Part shown: positions 1 through 8,317 of the stretch, piece after piece
Layout: each line of letters opens with the position of its first letter
How positions within the stretch are numbered: position 1 is the first letter of the stretch
Source: Myxococcales bacterium
GTDB lineage: Bacteria; Myxococcota; Myxococcia; Myxococcales; Anaeromyxobacteraceae
Assembly (NCBI GenBank): GCA_038320275.1
Contig: JBBQEB010000039.1
Span: 1 to 26,047, forward strand
Direction: 5' to 3'
Length of the DNA stretch: 26,047 bases
The notes under the pieces: generated by a model
What the model was told of the DNA's origin: nothing
The model's database searches: none
Seen by the model: only the letters and a program-made list of their open reading frames with translations
Made by a program: the position numbers and the translations under genes

Positions 1-460
1 TGATGCGGCCGTCCTTGCCGATCTCGGCGACGCCGTACCGCTGCGGATCGTGCACCTGCTTCAGGATCACCCGCCCGCCCCGCTTCTGCTCCTGGAAACG
101 CTCGACGGAGGGCCGGATGGAGTCCTCGAAGATGTTGTCGCCCAGGATGACGCAGATGGGCGCGGTGCCCGCGAAGTTTTCGGCCAGCCCCAGCGCCTGC
201 GCGATGCCACCTGCCTCGTCCTGTACCTTGTAGGTGAACCTGCAGCCGAACTGGCTCCCCGAGCCGAGCAGGTTCACCACGTCGCCCATGTGGTCGACGC
301 CGGTGACGATGAGGATCTCCTCCACGCCCGCCTCGGTGAGCTTCGCCACCGGGTGGAAGATCATCGGCTCCCGCCCCACCGGCAGGAGGTGCTTGTTGGT
401 GACCTTGGTCAGCGGGAACAGCCGCGACCCGGTGCCGCCTGCGAGGATGACGCCTTTCAA
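1..460 (-). CDS. rfbA: Glucose-1-phosphate thymidylyltransferase (RmlA/RfbA, short SpsI-like type); 3' end runs off the window
   Basis: Absent from the ORF track because it is truncated. Manual translation from TTG at 460 gives MKGVILAGGTGSRLFPLTKVTNKHLLPVGREPMIFHPV...YKVQDEAGGIAQALGLA...VILGDNIFED, which has the nucleotidyltransferase LAGGxGxRL...K signature. A GGAGG Shine-Dalgarno lies 6 nt upstream (467-471). Confidence 0.92.
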   Translation of the reverse strand, partial: MKGVILAGGTGSRLFPLTKVTNKHLLPVGREPMIFHPVAKLTEAGVEEILIVTGVDHMGDVVNLLGSGSQFGCRFTYKVQDEAGGIAQALGLAENFAGTAPICVILGDNIFEDSIRPSVERFQEQKRGGRVILKQVHDPQRYGVAEIGKDGRI

Positions 461-490
461 TTCGCGCCTCCGGCCCTTTGAGGGGCTCGG

Positions 491-520
491 GTCATAGCTC
501 GCCCTTTCGCAAGGTGTCAA
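491..520 (-). promoter_or_regulatory. Putative sigma70-type promoter for the rfbA transcript
   Basis: Minus strand reads TTGACA (520-515), 18-nt spacer, TATGAC (496-491, preceded by GC), about 30 nt upstream of the TTG start. A perfect -35 is unlikely by chance in such GC-rich DNA. Confidence 0.5.
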
Positions 521-567
521 CGGTCGCGCCTCGGCGAATGTCGTCGGACCTGAGCACCTCGCGGCCC

Positions 568-1302
568 TCATCCACCGTCGCCGACGCGATTGTTCCGGTC
601 CTTGCGCATGACGAACACGTCCAGGAACTCACCGTCGATGCCGAGGTTGCGGTCGCGCAGCACGTAGTCACTCACGAGGTGTCCCGACCAGCGGCGCGCG
701 AGATCGTCGAAGTCGCATCCGTAGTCCCACGTCACGAGGCTGCGCCCGTCGCCGATGGGATTGCCGTGGTACTCGGGAGGCAACAGGTGCTCAACGCCAC
801 CGCCGCGCTGCGCAGCCCGCCGGCGGCTCGCCGGCAGCGCCTTGTGCTTCGGCGCGGTGAAAACGTGCACCCCCCCGCGCTTCGTCACCCGCGCGATCTC
901 GGCGAGCGCGCGTTCGGGCTCGAAGACGTGCTCCAGCACGTCCTGGGTGAGGAAGACGTCGAAGGTCTCGTCCTCGAACGTGAGCCGCTCGAGGTTCTCG
1001 CAGCGCATCCCGTCGCGGTCAGTCCCGAGCGGCACGTCTTCGAAGTAGTACGACTGGCTGTACCCGGGGCACTGATCGGCGAACCACCGGATGCAGGGAG
1101 AGCTCTCGTGCACCTTCAGCGATCGCCACGCCGGCGCCACGAGTTCCAGCACCGCGGCGATGGCTCGCTGTCGAGGCGCGGTGCCACAGCCCTGGCAGAG
1201 GTAGAAGTCGCGGAGCCACTCGTGCCGCGCGACGAAGAGCGCGTGTCCACCGCAGATGGGACACCAGCCACGGTTCTCCAATACGACCTCGGACGCGCCC
1301 AT
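568..1302 (-). CDS. Class I SAM-dependent methyltransferase-like protein with an N-terminal CxxC...CxxC Zn-ribbon
   Basis: ORF 568..1398; ATG 1302 preferred (MGASEVV..., 244 aa) because the longer start overlaps the divergent gene. Contains CPIC...CQGC, then LTFEDETFDVFLTQDVLEHV...ALAEIARVTKRGG (Methyltransf_11-type motifs). Confidence 0.85.
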   Translation of the reverse strand: MGASEVVLENRGWCPICGGHALFVARHEWLRDFYLCQGCGTAPRQRAIAAVLELVAPAWRSLKVHESSPCIRWFADQCPGYSQSYYFEDVPLGTDRDGMRCENLERLTFEDETFDVFLTQDVLEHVFEPERALAEIARVTKRGGVHVFTAPKHKALPASRRRAAQRGGGVEHLLPPEYHGNPIGDGRSLVTWDYGCDFDDLARRWSGHLVSDYVLRDRNLGIDGEFLDVFVMRKDRNNRVGDGG

Positions 1303-1391
1303 CGGCGGCACCGTTAACACGTGGAGCGCCGCGCGTCGACGGAGCTTTACAGTCGGGGCAGGTCCTGCTGAGATGCGCTCCCTTTTCCCGC

Positions 1392-4300
1392 ATGGCACCT
1401 CCCCGACGCACCGCTCGCCTCGAACTGCCGCGCCCCGTCGGCGGAGATCTTCGATTCACGGGGGAGCGCTTCACTGGTGAAGCGACCGGCGAGATCGCCC
1501 ACCTCCACTGGCACCGTTACCTCTTCGCCCTGCAGTTCTGTGACGGCAGGGACGTTCTCGACGTGGCGAGCGGCGAGGGCTACGGCACGGCGCTCCTCGC
1601 GTCGAACGCCCGGCGTGCCGTCGGCATCGACGTCTCACCCGAGGCGGTGACGCACGCGCGACGGAGCTACGCCGCTCCCCGGCTGAACTACCTCCTCGGC
1701 CGCTGCCAGGCGCTCCCCCTGCCCGATGCGTCCTTCGACATCGTCGTGAGCTTCGAGACGCTCGAGCATGTCGAGGAGCATGACGTATTCCTGAGGGAGA
1801 TCCGGCGCGTGCTCCGGCCGGGGGGCATCCTCGTGCTTTCCACGCCCGATGCCGACGTGTACTCCGCTCCGGGGGCGGCGCCGAACCAGTTTCACCTGCG
1901 GGAGCTCGACCGCGGGTCCTTCCGAGATCTCCTCGAGCGGCACTTCGCGCACGTGGCGCTCTTCGATCAGGACATGGCGGTCGGCTCCGCAATCCTACCG
2001 GACGGCCCGGCGCACGGTCTGGCTGCTCCGGAGGGCTTCCGGCGATTCGCCGGCACGAGCGGCGGCACGCTCGACGTCTTGGAGCGCGCGGAGGGATTTC
2101 CGCGGGCGGAATACCTGATCGCGGTCGCCTCCGGCTCGCGGCTTCCACCGGTGCGCGCAGGCGTGCTGGACGACCGGCCCTTCCAGCTCGAACTGTTTGC
2201 AGAGCTACAGCGCCGGGCCGAGGCGGTGCAGCGCGCCGGGGCCGACGCAGCCGCAGCGCGCCGCTTCGCCGAGGGCGCGAGCCGCGACTTGCTCGATCTT
2301 CAGCGTGCGCTGGATGAGATCCGGGTGACCCTCGCTGGGGCGAAGGCGCAGCTCGCGGCATCCGTTGCGGAAGGCCGCCGTCTCGCGGGCGAGCGCGACC
2401 GGCTCGCGAGTGAGGAAGCGCGCCTTTCGGGCAGGGTGGAAGAGCTCGAGTCGGAGGATTCGCGTCTGCGCACCGGCCTCGCCGCGCTGCGCGCGGAGGG
2501 AGAGCGCCTCCGCGTCGAGATCGGCCAGAGAGACGAGGAGTACAGCCGCCTGCGTGACCGGAGCGTGGTCCTCCCTGGCCTTTTCATCGAGAGCACACCT
2601 GCGCTCTGGGCGCGATCCGGTGTGGCGCGGGCGCGCGGGAAGCTGCGCGGTACGCTTCCCGGTAAGGCGCTCGAGGTCGCCTGGTGGGGAGCGACCGGAA
2701 AGCTCGATCGGCGTCTCGCGGAGCGGCGCCTCCGCCGCCGCGTCGAGGAGAGCCGCATCTTCGACCCCGGCTGGTACCTCGAGCGCTACCCCGACGTGAA
2801 AGCGGCCGGGCTCGACCCCCTCCAGCACTACCTCGAGCACGGCGGCGCCGAGGGCCGTGATCCAGGCCCCCTGTTCGACGGGGGCCACTACCTCTCACTT
2901 TACCCGGACGTCGCCGAGGCCAGCGCGAATCCGCTCCTCCACTTCCTCGATCACGGGGCCACGGAGGGGCGCGACCCGAACTCCCTCTTCGACACTTCCT
3001 GGTACCTCGAGTGGCACCCGGACGTCGCCGCGGCGGGGCTGAACCCGCTCACGCACTTCATCGCGCACGGAGCGGCCGAGGGGCGGCGCCCCAGTCCCGG
3101 CTTCGACCCGGCGCACTACCTCCGCGCCTACCCGGACGTCGCGCTCTCGGGAGTGAATCCCCTCGCGCACTATCTGCACCACGGCGCGGCCGAGGGCCGC
3201 CGCCCCACCGCGGACGCGCCGAGCGCCGAGGCAGCCGCGCCACGCACCGGCGCCACCGCGCCACTCTCCGCCTCCGCCGACCCGGCGGCGCTGGAGGCCG
3301 CCGTGCTGGACCTCGCCGCCACGCGGGCGCGCGACGGCGCGCCGGTCCCGGCGCCGACGAAGCTCGACGCCGGTCCGCTCGTGAGCCTGCTCCTCCCCGC
3401 CTACGAGTCCGAGCCGAAGTACCTCGAGCTCGCGGTGGGGTCCATCCTCGCGCAGACCTACCCGCGCTGGGAGCTGCGCGTGGTCGACGACGGCTCCAGG
3501 AAGCCGGCCACGCTGGCGTACCTCGACCGTCTGCGGTCGCGCGACCCGCGCATCCACGTGCGCAGGCTCGAACACAACGCGGGCATCTCCAGGGCCACGA
3601 ACGCGGCCCTGGAGGACGCCCAGGGCGCCTGGGTCGCCATGGTGGACCACGACGACGAGCTTCACCCGGACGCGCTCCTGGAGGTCATTCGCGCGGTGCA
3701 AAGCAACCCTTTGCTCGACGCGGTCTACACGGACCAGGACTACATCGAGGCGGACGGCCGGATCGCCGAGCCGCTCCTCAAGCCGGACTGGTCGCCCGCC
3801 CTCCTGGGCGGCGTGATGTACGTCGGGCACCTGCTGGTGGTACGCCGAGAGCTGGCGCGGGAGGTCGGCGGGTGCGATCCGAGCTTCGCCCGGGCCCAGG
3901 ACTTCGAGTTCATGCTGCGGGTGGGCGAGCGCGCGCGCCGGGTGGGTCACGTTCCGCGCATCCTCTACCACTGGCGGCGCATCCCCGGCAGCGTCGCCTT
4001 CCACGGCGACGAGAAGGGCGGGATCGAGCCCGTGCAGGCGGCCGCCGTGACCGCCCAGCTGCGCCGGCTGGGAATCGCGGGCGAGGCGCGCCCCCACCCG
4101 CGGCACGCGCACCGCGCGGTGGTCGCGCCCGCGGCCGGGCTCGCCGTCCCGCGAACGACCGTCCTCCTCCGCGGCGGCGGCCGGGGCGAGGAGCTGGCGG
4201 AGGCCGTGCGGTCCCTCCGCGACGGGCCATGGCGCGAGGCGCTCGACCTCGTCGTCGTGGCAGACGGCACTGCCGCTGGCGCGGGGCGCCGCCTCGAGGC

Positions 4301-4916
4301 GCTGCGCGTCCCGGTGCTCTCCGAGGCCGCGGCGCTGGAGCGCGCCGCCCGCGCCGGGACCGAGCTCCTCCTGTTCCTCGACGCGGATCTCGCGCCGGCC
4401 ACGAGCGACTGGCTCCGCCCTCTCTCGCTCTACGCCACGCAGCGCGACGTCGCGGCGGCGGCGCCCGTCCTCGTCGACCCCGAGGGCCGCGTCGCCGAAG
4501 CGGGGCTCGTGCTCGGGCTCGGAGGCCCGATGGGGAGACCCATGCGCGGCCTCGACCCCGACGGCGACGGTTACGCGGGCTCGCTCTCCTGCGCGCGCGA
4601 GGTCGCGGCGGTCTCGGGGCGGTGTGCGCTCGTCCGCGCCGGCGCGCTCGCAGCGGTCGGTGGCCTGCGCGACCTCTTTGCGACGGCGGAGTACCGGGTC
4701 GCGGACCTCACGCTGCGCGCCCACCTCGCGGGGCTCCGCAACATCGTCGTCCCCACCGCCCGCCTCGCCCAGCGTGGCGTCGCCTCGCCGGATGGCGCGA
4801 GCGCCCTCCTCGACCGCGCGCTCTTCGGCGACGCGCACGCGGCGGCCATCGCCCGCGGAGATCCATTCCACAACCCGGCGTTTGCGCCGCGCGAGCCGGG
4901 ATACGCCCTCGATTGA
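1392..4916 (+). CDS. Multidomain glycan polymerase/terminator: SAM methyltransferase + coiled coil + 4x38-aa repeat + GT2 + degenerate second GT2 (WsaE-like architecture)
   Basis: 1174 aa. FTGERF..HWHRY..VLDVASGEGYG..FDIVVSFETLEH..LRPGG (methyltransferase); heptad-rich E/R/A/L stretch at about 2185-2562; four FDxxxYL..YPDV..PLxH..HGxxEGRxP repeats; PLVSLLLPAY..QTYPRWELRVVDDGS..DHDDEL..KPDWSP..QDFEF..LYHWR (GT2). Confidence 0.93.
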   Translation: MAPPRRTARLELPRPVGGDLRFTGERFTGEATGEIAHLHWHRYLFALQFCDGRDVLDVASGEGYGTALLASNARRAVGIDVSPEAVTHARRSYAAPRLNYLLGRCQALPLPDASFDIVVSFETLEHVEEHDVFLREIRRVLRPGGILVLSTPDADVYSAPGAAPNQFHLRELDRGSFRDLLERHFAHVALFDQDMAVGSAILPDGPAHGLAAPEGFRRFAGTSGGTLDVLERAEGFPRAEYLIAVASGSRLPPVRAGVLDDRPFQLELFAELQRRAEAVQRAGADAAAARRFAEGASRDLLDLQRALDEIRVTLAGAKAQLAASVAEGRRLAGERDRLASEEARLSGRVEELESEDSRLRTGLAALRAEGERLRVEIGQRDEEYSRLRDRSVVLPGLFIESTPALWARSGVARARGKLRGTLPGKALEVAWWGATGKLDRRLAERRLRRRVEESRIFDPGWYLERYPDVKAAGLDPLQHYLEHGGAEGRDPGPLFDGGHYLSLYPDVAEASANPLLHFLDHGATEGRDPNSLFDTSWYLEWHPDVAAAGLNPLTHFIAHGAAEGRRPSPGFDPAHYLRAYPDVALSGVNPLAHYLHHGAAEGRRPTADAPSAEAAAPRTGATAPLSASADPAALEAAVLDLAATRARDGAPVPAPTKLDAGPLVSLLLPAYESEPKYLELAVGSILAQTYPRWELRVVDDGSRKPATLAYLDRLRSRDPRIHVRRLEHNAGISRATNAALEDAQGAWVAMVDHDDELHPDALLEVIRAVQSNPLLDAVYTDQDYIEADGRIAEPLLKPDWSPALLGGVMYVGHLLVVRRELAREVGGCDPSFARAQDFEFMLRVGERARRVGHVPRILYHWRRIPGSVAFHGDEKGGIEPVQAAAVTAQLRRLGIAGEARPHPRHAHRAVVAPAAGLAVPRTTVLLRGGGRGEELAEAVRSLRDGPWREALDLVVVADGTAAGAGRRLEALRVPVLSEAAALERAARAGTELLLFLDADLAPATSDWLRPLSLYATQRDVAAAAPVLVDPEGRVAEAGLVLGLGGPMGRPMRGLDPDGDGYAGSLSCAREVAAVSGRCALVRAGALAAVGGLRDLFATAEYRVADLTLRAHLAGLRNIVVPTARLAQRGVASPDGASALLDRALFGDAHAAAIARGDPFHNPAFAPREPGYALD
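2760..3215 (+). repeat. Intragenic tandem repeat, 4 x 114 bp (38 aa)
   Basis: Units begin with TTCGAC at 2760, 2874, 2988 and 3102, an exact 114-bp period. Protein consensus FDxxxYLxxYPDVAxxGxNPLxHxLxHGAxEGRxPxxx. Confidence 0.95.
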
Positions 4917-4965
4917 TCGGGGCCCTGGCCGACTGGTCCGTGGCGGAGCGGGCCGGGCCGCGCGC

Positions 4966-7900
4966 TCACCTCTGCGGCAGCTCGCGCGCCCGCGCGAAGA
5001 GCTGCACGCTCACGCACACGCGCATGGGGAACTCGTCGTACGGTACTCCGCCACGCCACCGGTTGTGGCTCTCCGCGGACAGGTAGTAGGTCTCCGTGTC
5101 GCCCTCCATGCGCCCGAGCAGGGTGCCCAGGTCGGCGCCCGGCGGCGCGAGGTGGTCCACCATGGAGCGCAGGTTCGCGAGGTGCTCCGGCGCTCCGGCG
5201 CCTCGGTGCACGTGGTCCACCGCGTGGATCGAGTGGCCTTCGGGCTTCAGGAACCGGCGGAGGCCGGCGTACACGTCGAGCATCGCCGGCGGGGGCACGT
5301 GCTCCAGCACCGAGATGGAGTAGATCGCGTCGAGACCGCCCGGCGGCGGCCCCTCGAGCCGCGCACCGAAGAAGGAGCGGATGAACCGCAGGTCCGAGCA
5401 CTCACCCCGGAAGCGCTCGTACTCCTGGGGACCGTTCCCGGTCCCGTCGTACGGATCGACGATCCACACCTCGTGCCCCAGGCGCGACAGGAGGTCGCCC
5501 ACGAAAGGCTCGCCCGCCCCGATCTCGAGGACGCGCGCGCGCTCCGGGAGCACCGCCATGAGCGCCTTCAGGATCCAGGGACGCTGGACGTCCTTGAGGT
5601 CGCCATTGTGCGTCGCCAGCGGACGCAGGTGGTCGAAGCCGTCGCAGTAGTCGCGGACCGTGGCGTACGAGAGGGCCTCGACCGGGAAGTCCCGGTAGCG
5701 CCGCCTCGCCTCGGCGAGCGCCGCGTCGGAGAACCATCCCGAGGTCTTTCGCCCGCCCACCGGGGCTGCCGCGGCGGTGGCGGCGAGAACGATAGCGGGA
5801 GCTGCTGCAGGAGCGCCCACCGGAGCCACGGAGCGCCTCGCCGGCAGGTACGCCTCCGCCCGCTCCACCACCGCCGGCCGCCGCAGCTCCGCGGCCTCGT
5901 GACCCGCGGCCTCGAGCTCCGCGTCCAGGGCGGCCGCCACCTGCCCTGCCTTCACCCGCAGCCCCGCGCGCCGGTGGTAGGCGGCCACCCCCTCGCAGAG
6001 CCCCTGGCGCGTCGCCTCGAGCCAGGCATGCCCGTAGCGATCGTCCGGCTCGAGGTGCGTCCCCTCCGCCCACTCGTTCCACGCGTTCACGAAGACGAGC
6101 GGCTCCTGCGTGCCGGCGCGGTCGAGGGACTGCCCAACCATCTCCTCCACCCAGTGGCGGTAGAGCGCGGGCGACGCGTCCACGAGCACGTGGCCGCGGT
6201 TTTTGCGGCGCGCGGTGTTGTCCCAGGATGGCATCGCACCGCGGTAGAGCGGGTACGGCGGCAGCGGCTTCGCGAGCTGGTTGCGGACCACCGCGGGGTA
6301 CGATTCGAGGTAGCCCTCGAACCGCGGGGAGACGCCGGGGCGGGTGCGCGGGTCGAGGAGCTCCCGCTGCGTGTGGGGCGGGAACTCGATCGCGGCGTCG
6401 AAGCCGTGGGGCCGCGGGTCGCCGATGCCGAAGCTCTGCACGGCGCAGAGATGGATCGCGCCGAGCCCCTCCTCCTCGCACACGCGCCGCCACGTGGCGG
6501 CCGCACGCTGCGCGTCCGGCAGGAGGTCCACCCGGTACACGGCCAGCAGCGGGTGGCCGCTCACCCTCACCGCGCGCCGGTCGCGCAGGTACGGGAGCAC
6601 GTCGCGGATGAACCGCTCATCCCAGCCCGGCGCATACCGCTGCTCCATGAGCAGCTCGTGCTCCGAGCCGTCCCAGCGCCGGCTCCAGTTCTCGTTCGCC
6701 CAGCAGATGCAGAAGGGGAAGTCGGGGGCTCCGCGCTGGAGCATCTGCTCGAGCGGCCGCTCGAGGAGGCGCTTCCCGTCGAACCAGTAGTAGTAGAAGC
6801 AGAATCCGCCCACCCCGTACGCCCGGGCGAGCTCTGCCTGCCGGTCCATGACCTCCGGCGCCCGCAGGTCGTAGAAGCCGAGGTCGGTCGGGAGCTGCGG
6901 CTGGTGGTGCCCGTCGAACTGCGGCGCCGCGCGGATCACGTTCGTCCACTCCGTGAACCCTGGCCCCCACCACGCGTCGTTCTCGGGGATGGGGTGGAAC
7001 TGCGGCAGGTAGAAGGCGAGAAGGGTCGCCGGGGATGCTCGCCCGGCGAGGGAGGGCGGAGCCCCCACCTCGACGCGCGAGGCGGTGGCCGGTGACCCGG
7101 ACCACGCCGTGGAAGAGCGCGCGCGTTCGAGCGCGGGCGCAAGCTCCCGGTAGAACGCGGCGAGCTTGGCCACGTTCGCGGGCCAGGTGAGCTCGCGCAG
7201 CGCGAACGCGCGCCCGCCGCGGCCGATCCGCTCGCGGAGCGCAGGGTCGCCGAGGAGCCGCTCCACGGCCGCAGCGATCTCCATCGCGTCGCCGCGCTCG
7301 AGCAGGAGGCACTCCTCCCCGTCCCGCAGAAGCCGCCCGACGTTCGTCCTCGGCAAGACCACCGCGCGGCCCGAAGCCAGGTACTCCGGCAACTTCGACG
7401 GGAAGCGCTGGTCGTTGAACGGGTTGGGCCCGCCCGGCTGCACGAGCACGTCGGCGAGCGCGAGCAGGCCGGGAACCTCGTCGCGCCGGAGGAAGCCGAG
7501 GTCGGCCATGACCTCCGTCGTCCCGAGACCCTCCGTCCAATCGGTGCCCAGCCGATTCCAGCCGGTCTTCACGAGCTTGAGCTTCGCGCCCCTCCGGCGA
7601 AGCGCGGCCACCGCGAGCAGCAAGCTCCGGACCTCGCCGACGTTCGAAGCGTGCACGTCGCCCGTGTACACGATGGCACGCTCGCCCGGCGCGAGGCACG
7701 CCTTGGCCCGCAGCGCGGCGGAGGGGGCAGGCAGCTCGCGGAAGCGCTCGTCGAAACCGGGCCAGAAGACGAGGCCCGGGCCGCCCGCGGGCGCGTCGTC
7801 GAGCAGGCGATCCATGAGCGCGGTCACCCCGGCCGCTCCCGCCAGGAACGCGCGCCCGCGGCGCGGGTGCGTCCGGTGCTCCGGGACGATGGCGTCGAGG

Positions 7901-8292
7901 AGCGCTGGCGACAGCGCCAGGAGCTCCTCCATCGGCCGGCCGAGGTCGTCCTCGAGGATCTTCGCCTCGTTGTCCTCCTGGTGAACGAGGTAGCCGCAGC
8001 GGTGTCGCGCCGCGAGCTCCAGCGCAGCGCGCCGCACGTGCTCCCGGGGGGTCCACGCGTGCACCAGGTCAGGGCCGCGGCCGTCCGGAAACGCAGCACC
8101 CTCCGCCCGGAGCTGAGCGTAAGTGCAGAGCGTGAACCGGGGCGCCATGCCGATCAGCTCCACCGTCTCGGGACCGTGCGGTACGCCGACCACGGGAGAG
8201 AACCCGAGCGCGGCGAGCTCGTTCGCCACCGCGAACACGTGCATGCCGCTGTTCCCGCTGAAGTCGCAGTGGCTGAGAAGGAGGACATTCAT
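4966..8292 (-). CDS. Tri-domain protein: GT4 glycosyltransferase + WbsX-like (GH99-like) domain + C-terminal class I SAM methyltransferase
   Basis: 1108 aa. N-terminal GT-B fold (ADVLVQPG..RFPSKLPEYLASGRAVV..GRGGRAFA..LTW); middle LAFYLPQFHPIPENDAWWGPGFTEWTNV..LGFYDLR..GFCFYYYWF..CWANENW..WDNTAR..FVNAWNEWAEG (Glyco_tran_WbsX); C-terminal RVLEIGAGEP..DAIYSISVLEH. GAGGTG Shine-Dalgarno upstream of the ATG. Confidence 0.93.
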   Translation of the reverse strand: MNVLLLSHCDFSGNSGMHVFAVANELAALGFSPVVGVPHGPETVELIGMAPRFTLCTYAQLRAEGAAFPDGRGPDLVHAWTPREHVRRAALELAARHRCGYLVHQEDNEAKILEDDLGRPMEELLALSPALLDAIVPEHRTHPRRGRAFLAGAAGVTALMDRLLDDAPAGGPGLVFWPGFDERFRELPAPSAALRAKACLAPGERAIVYTGDVHASNVGEVRSLLLAVAALRRRGAKLKLVKTGWNRLGTDWTEGLGTTEVMADLGFLRRDEVPGLLALADVLVQPGGPNPFNDQRFPSKLPEYLASGRAVVLPRTNVGRLLRDGEECLLLERGDAMEIAAAVERLLGDPALRERIGRGGRAFALRELTWPANVAKLAAFYRELAPALERARSSTAWSGSPATASRVEVGAPPSLAGRASPATLLAFYLPQFHPIPENDAWWGPGFTEWTNVIRAAPQFDGHHQPQLPTDLGFYDLRAPEVMDRQAELARAYGVGGFCFYYYWFDGKRLLERPLEQMLQRGAPDFPFCICWANENWSRRWDGSEHELLMEQRYAPGWDERFIRDVLPYLRDRRAVRVSGHPLLAVYRVDLLPDAQRAAATWRRVCEEEGLGAIHLCAVQSFGIGDPRPHGFDAAIEFPPHTQRELLDPRTRPGVSPRFEGYLESYPAVVRNQLAKPLPPYPLYRGAMPSWDNTARRKNRGHVLVDASPALYRHWVEEMVGQSLDRAGTQEPLVFVNAWNEWAEGTHLEPDDRYGHAWLEATRQGLCEGVAAYHRRAGLRVKAGQVAAALDAELEAAGHEAAELRRPAVVERAEAYLPARRSVAPVGAPAAAPAIVLAATAAAAPVGGRKTSGWFSDAALAEARRRYRDFPVEALSYATVRDYCDGFDHLRPLATHNGDLKDVQRPWILKALMAVLPERARVLEIGAGEPFVGDLLSRLGHEVWIVDPYDGTGNGPQEYERFRGECSDLRFIRSFFGARLEGPPPGGLDAIYSISVLEHVPPPAMLDVYAGLRRFLKPEGHSIHAVDHVHRGAGAPEHLANLRSMVDHLAPPGADLGTLLGRMEGDTETYYLSAESHNRWRGGVPYDEFPMRVCVSVQLFARARELPQR

Positions 8293-8317
8293 GGATGGGG
8301 CACCTCGCGGCGCTCTC

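Noticed and set aside
2760..3215. 114-bp periodicity as a possible CRISPR array
   Set aside because: In-frame protein repeat with synonymous divergence; no identical repeats with unique spacers and no cas genes.
4917..4965. Possible bidirectional terminator between convergent genes (GGCCCTGGCC...GGCCGGGCC)
   Set aside because: Imperfect GC stem with a long interior and no U-tract on either strand; expected by chance at this GC content.
6156..6163. GGCGGTAG resembling an ops/JUMPstart element
   Set aside because: Inside a CDS, on the non-coding strand, and lacking the downstream TG of the ops consensus.
2895..7095. Long ORFs 2895..4871 (-), 3011..5086 (+) and 4624..7095 (+)
   Set aside because: Antisense or off-frame shadows of well-supported genes; R/A/G/P-rich with no motifs, as expected in stop-poor high-GC DNA.
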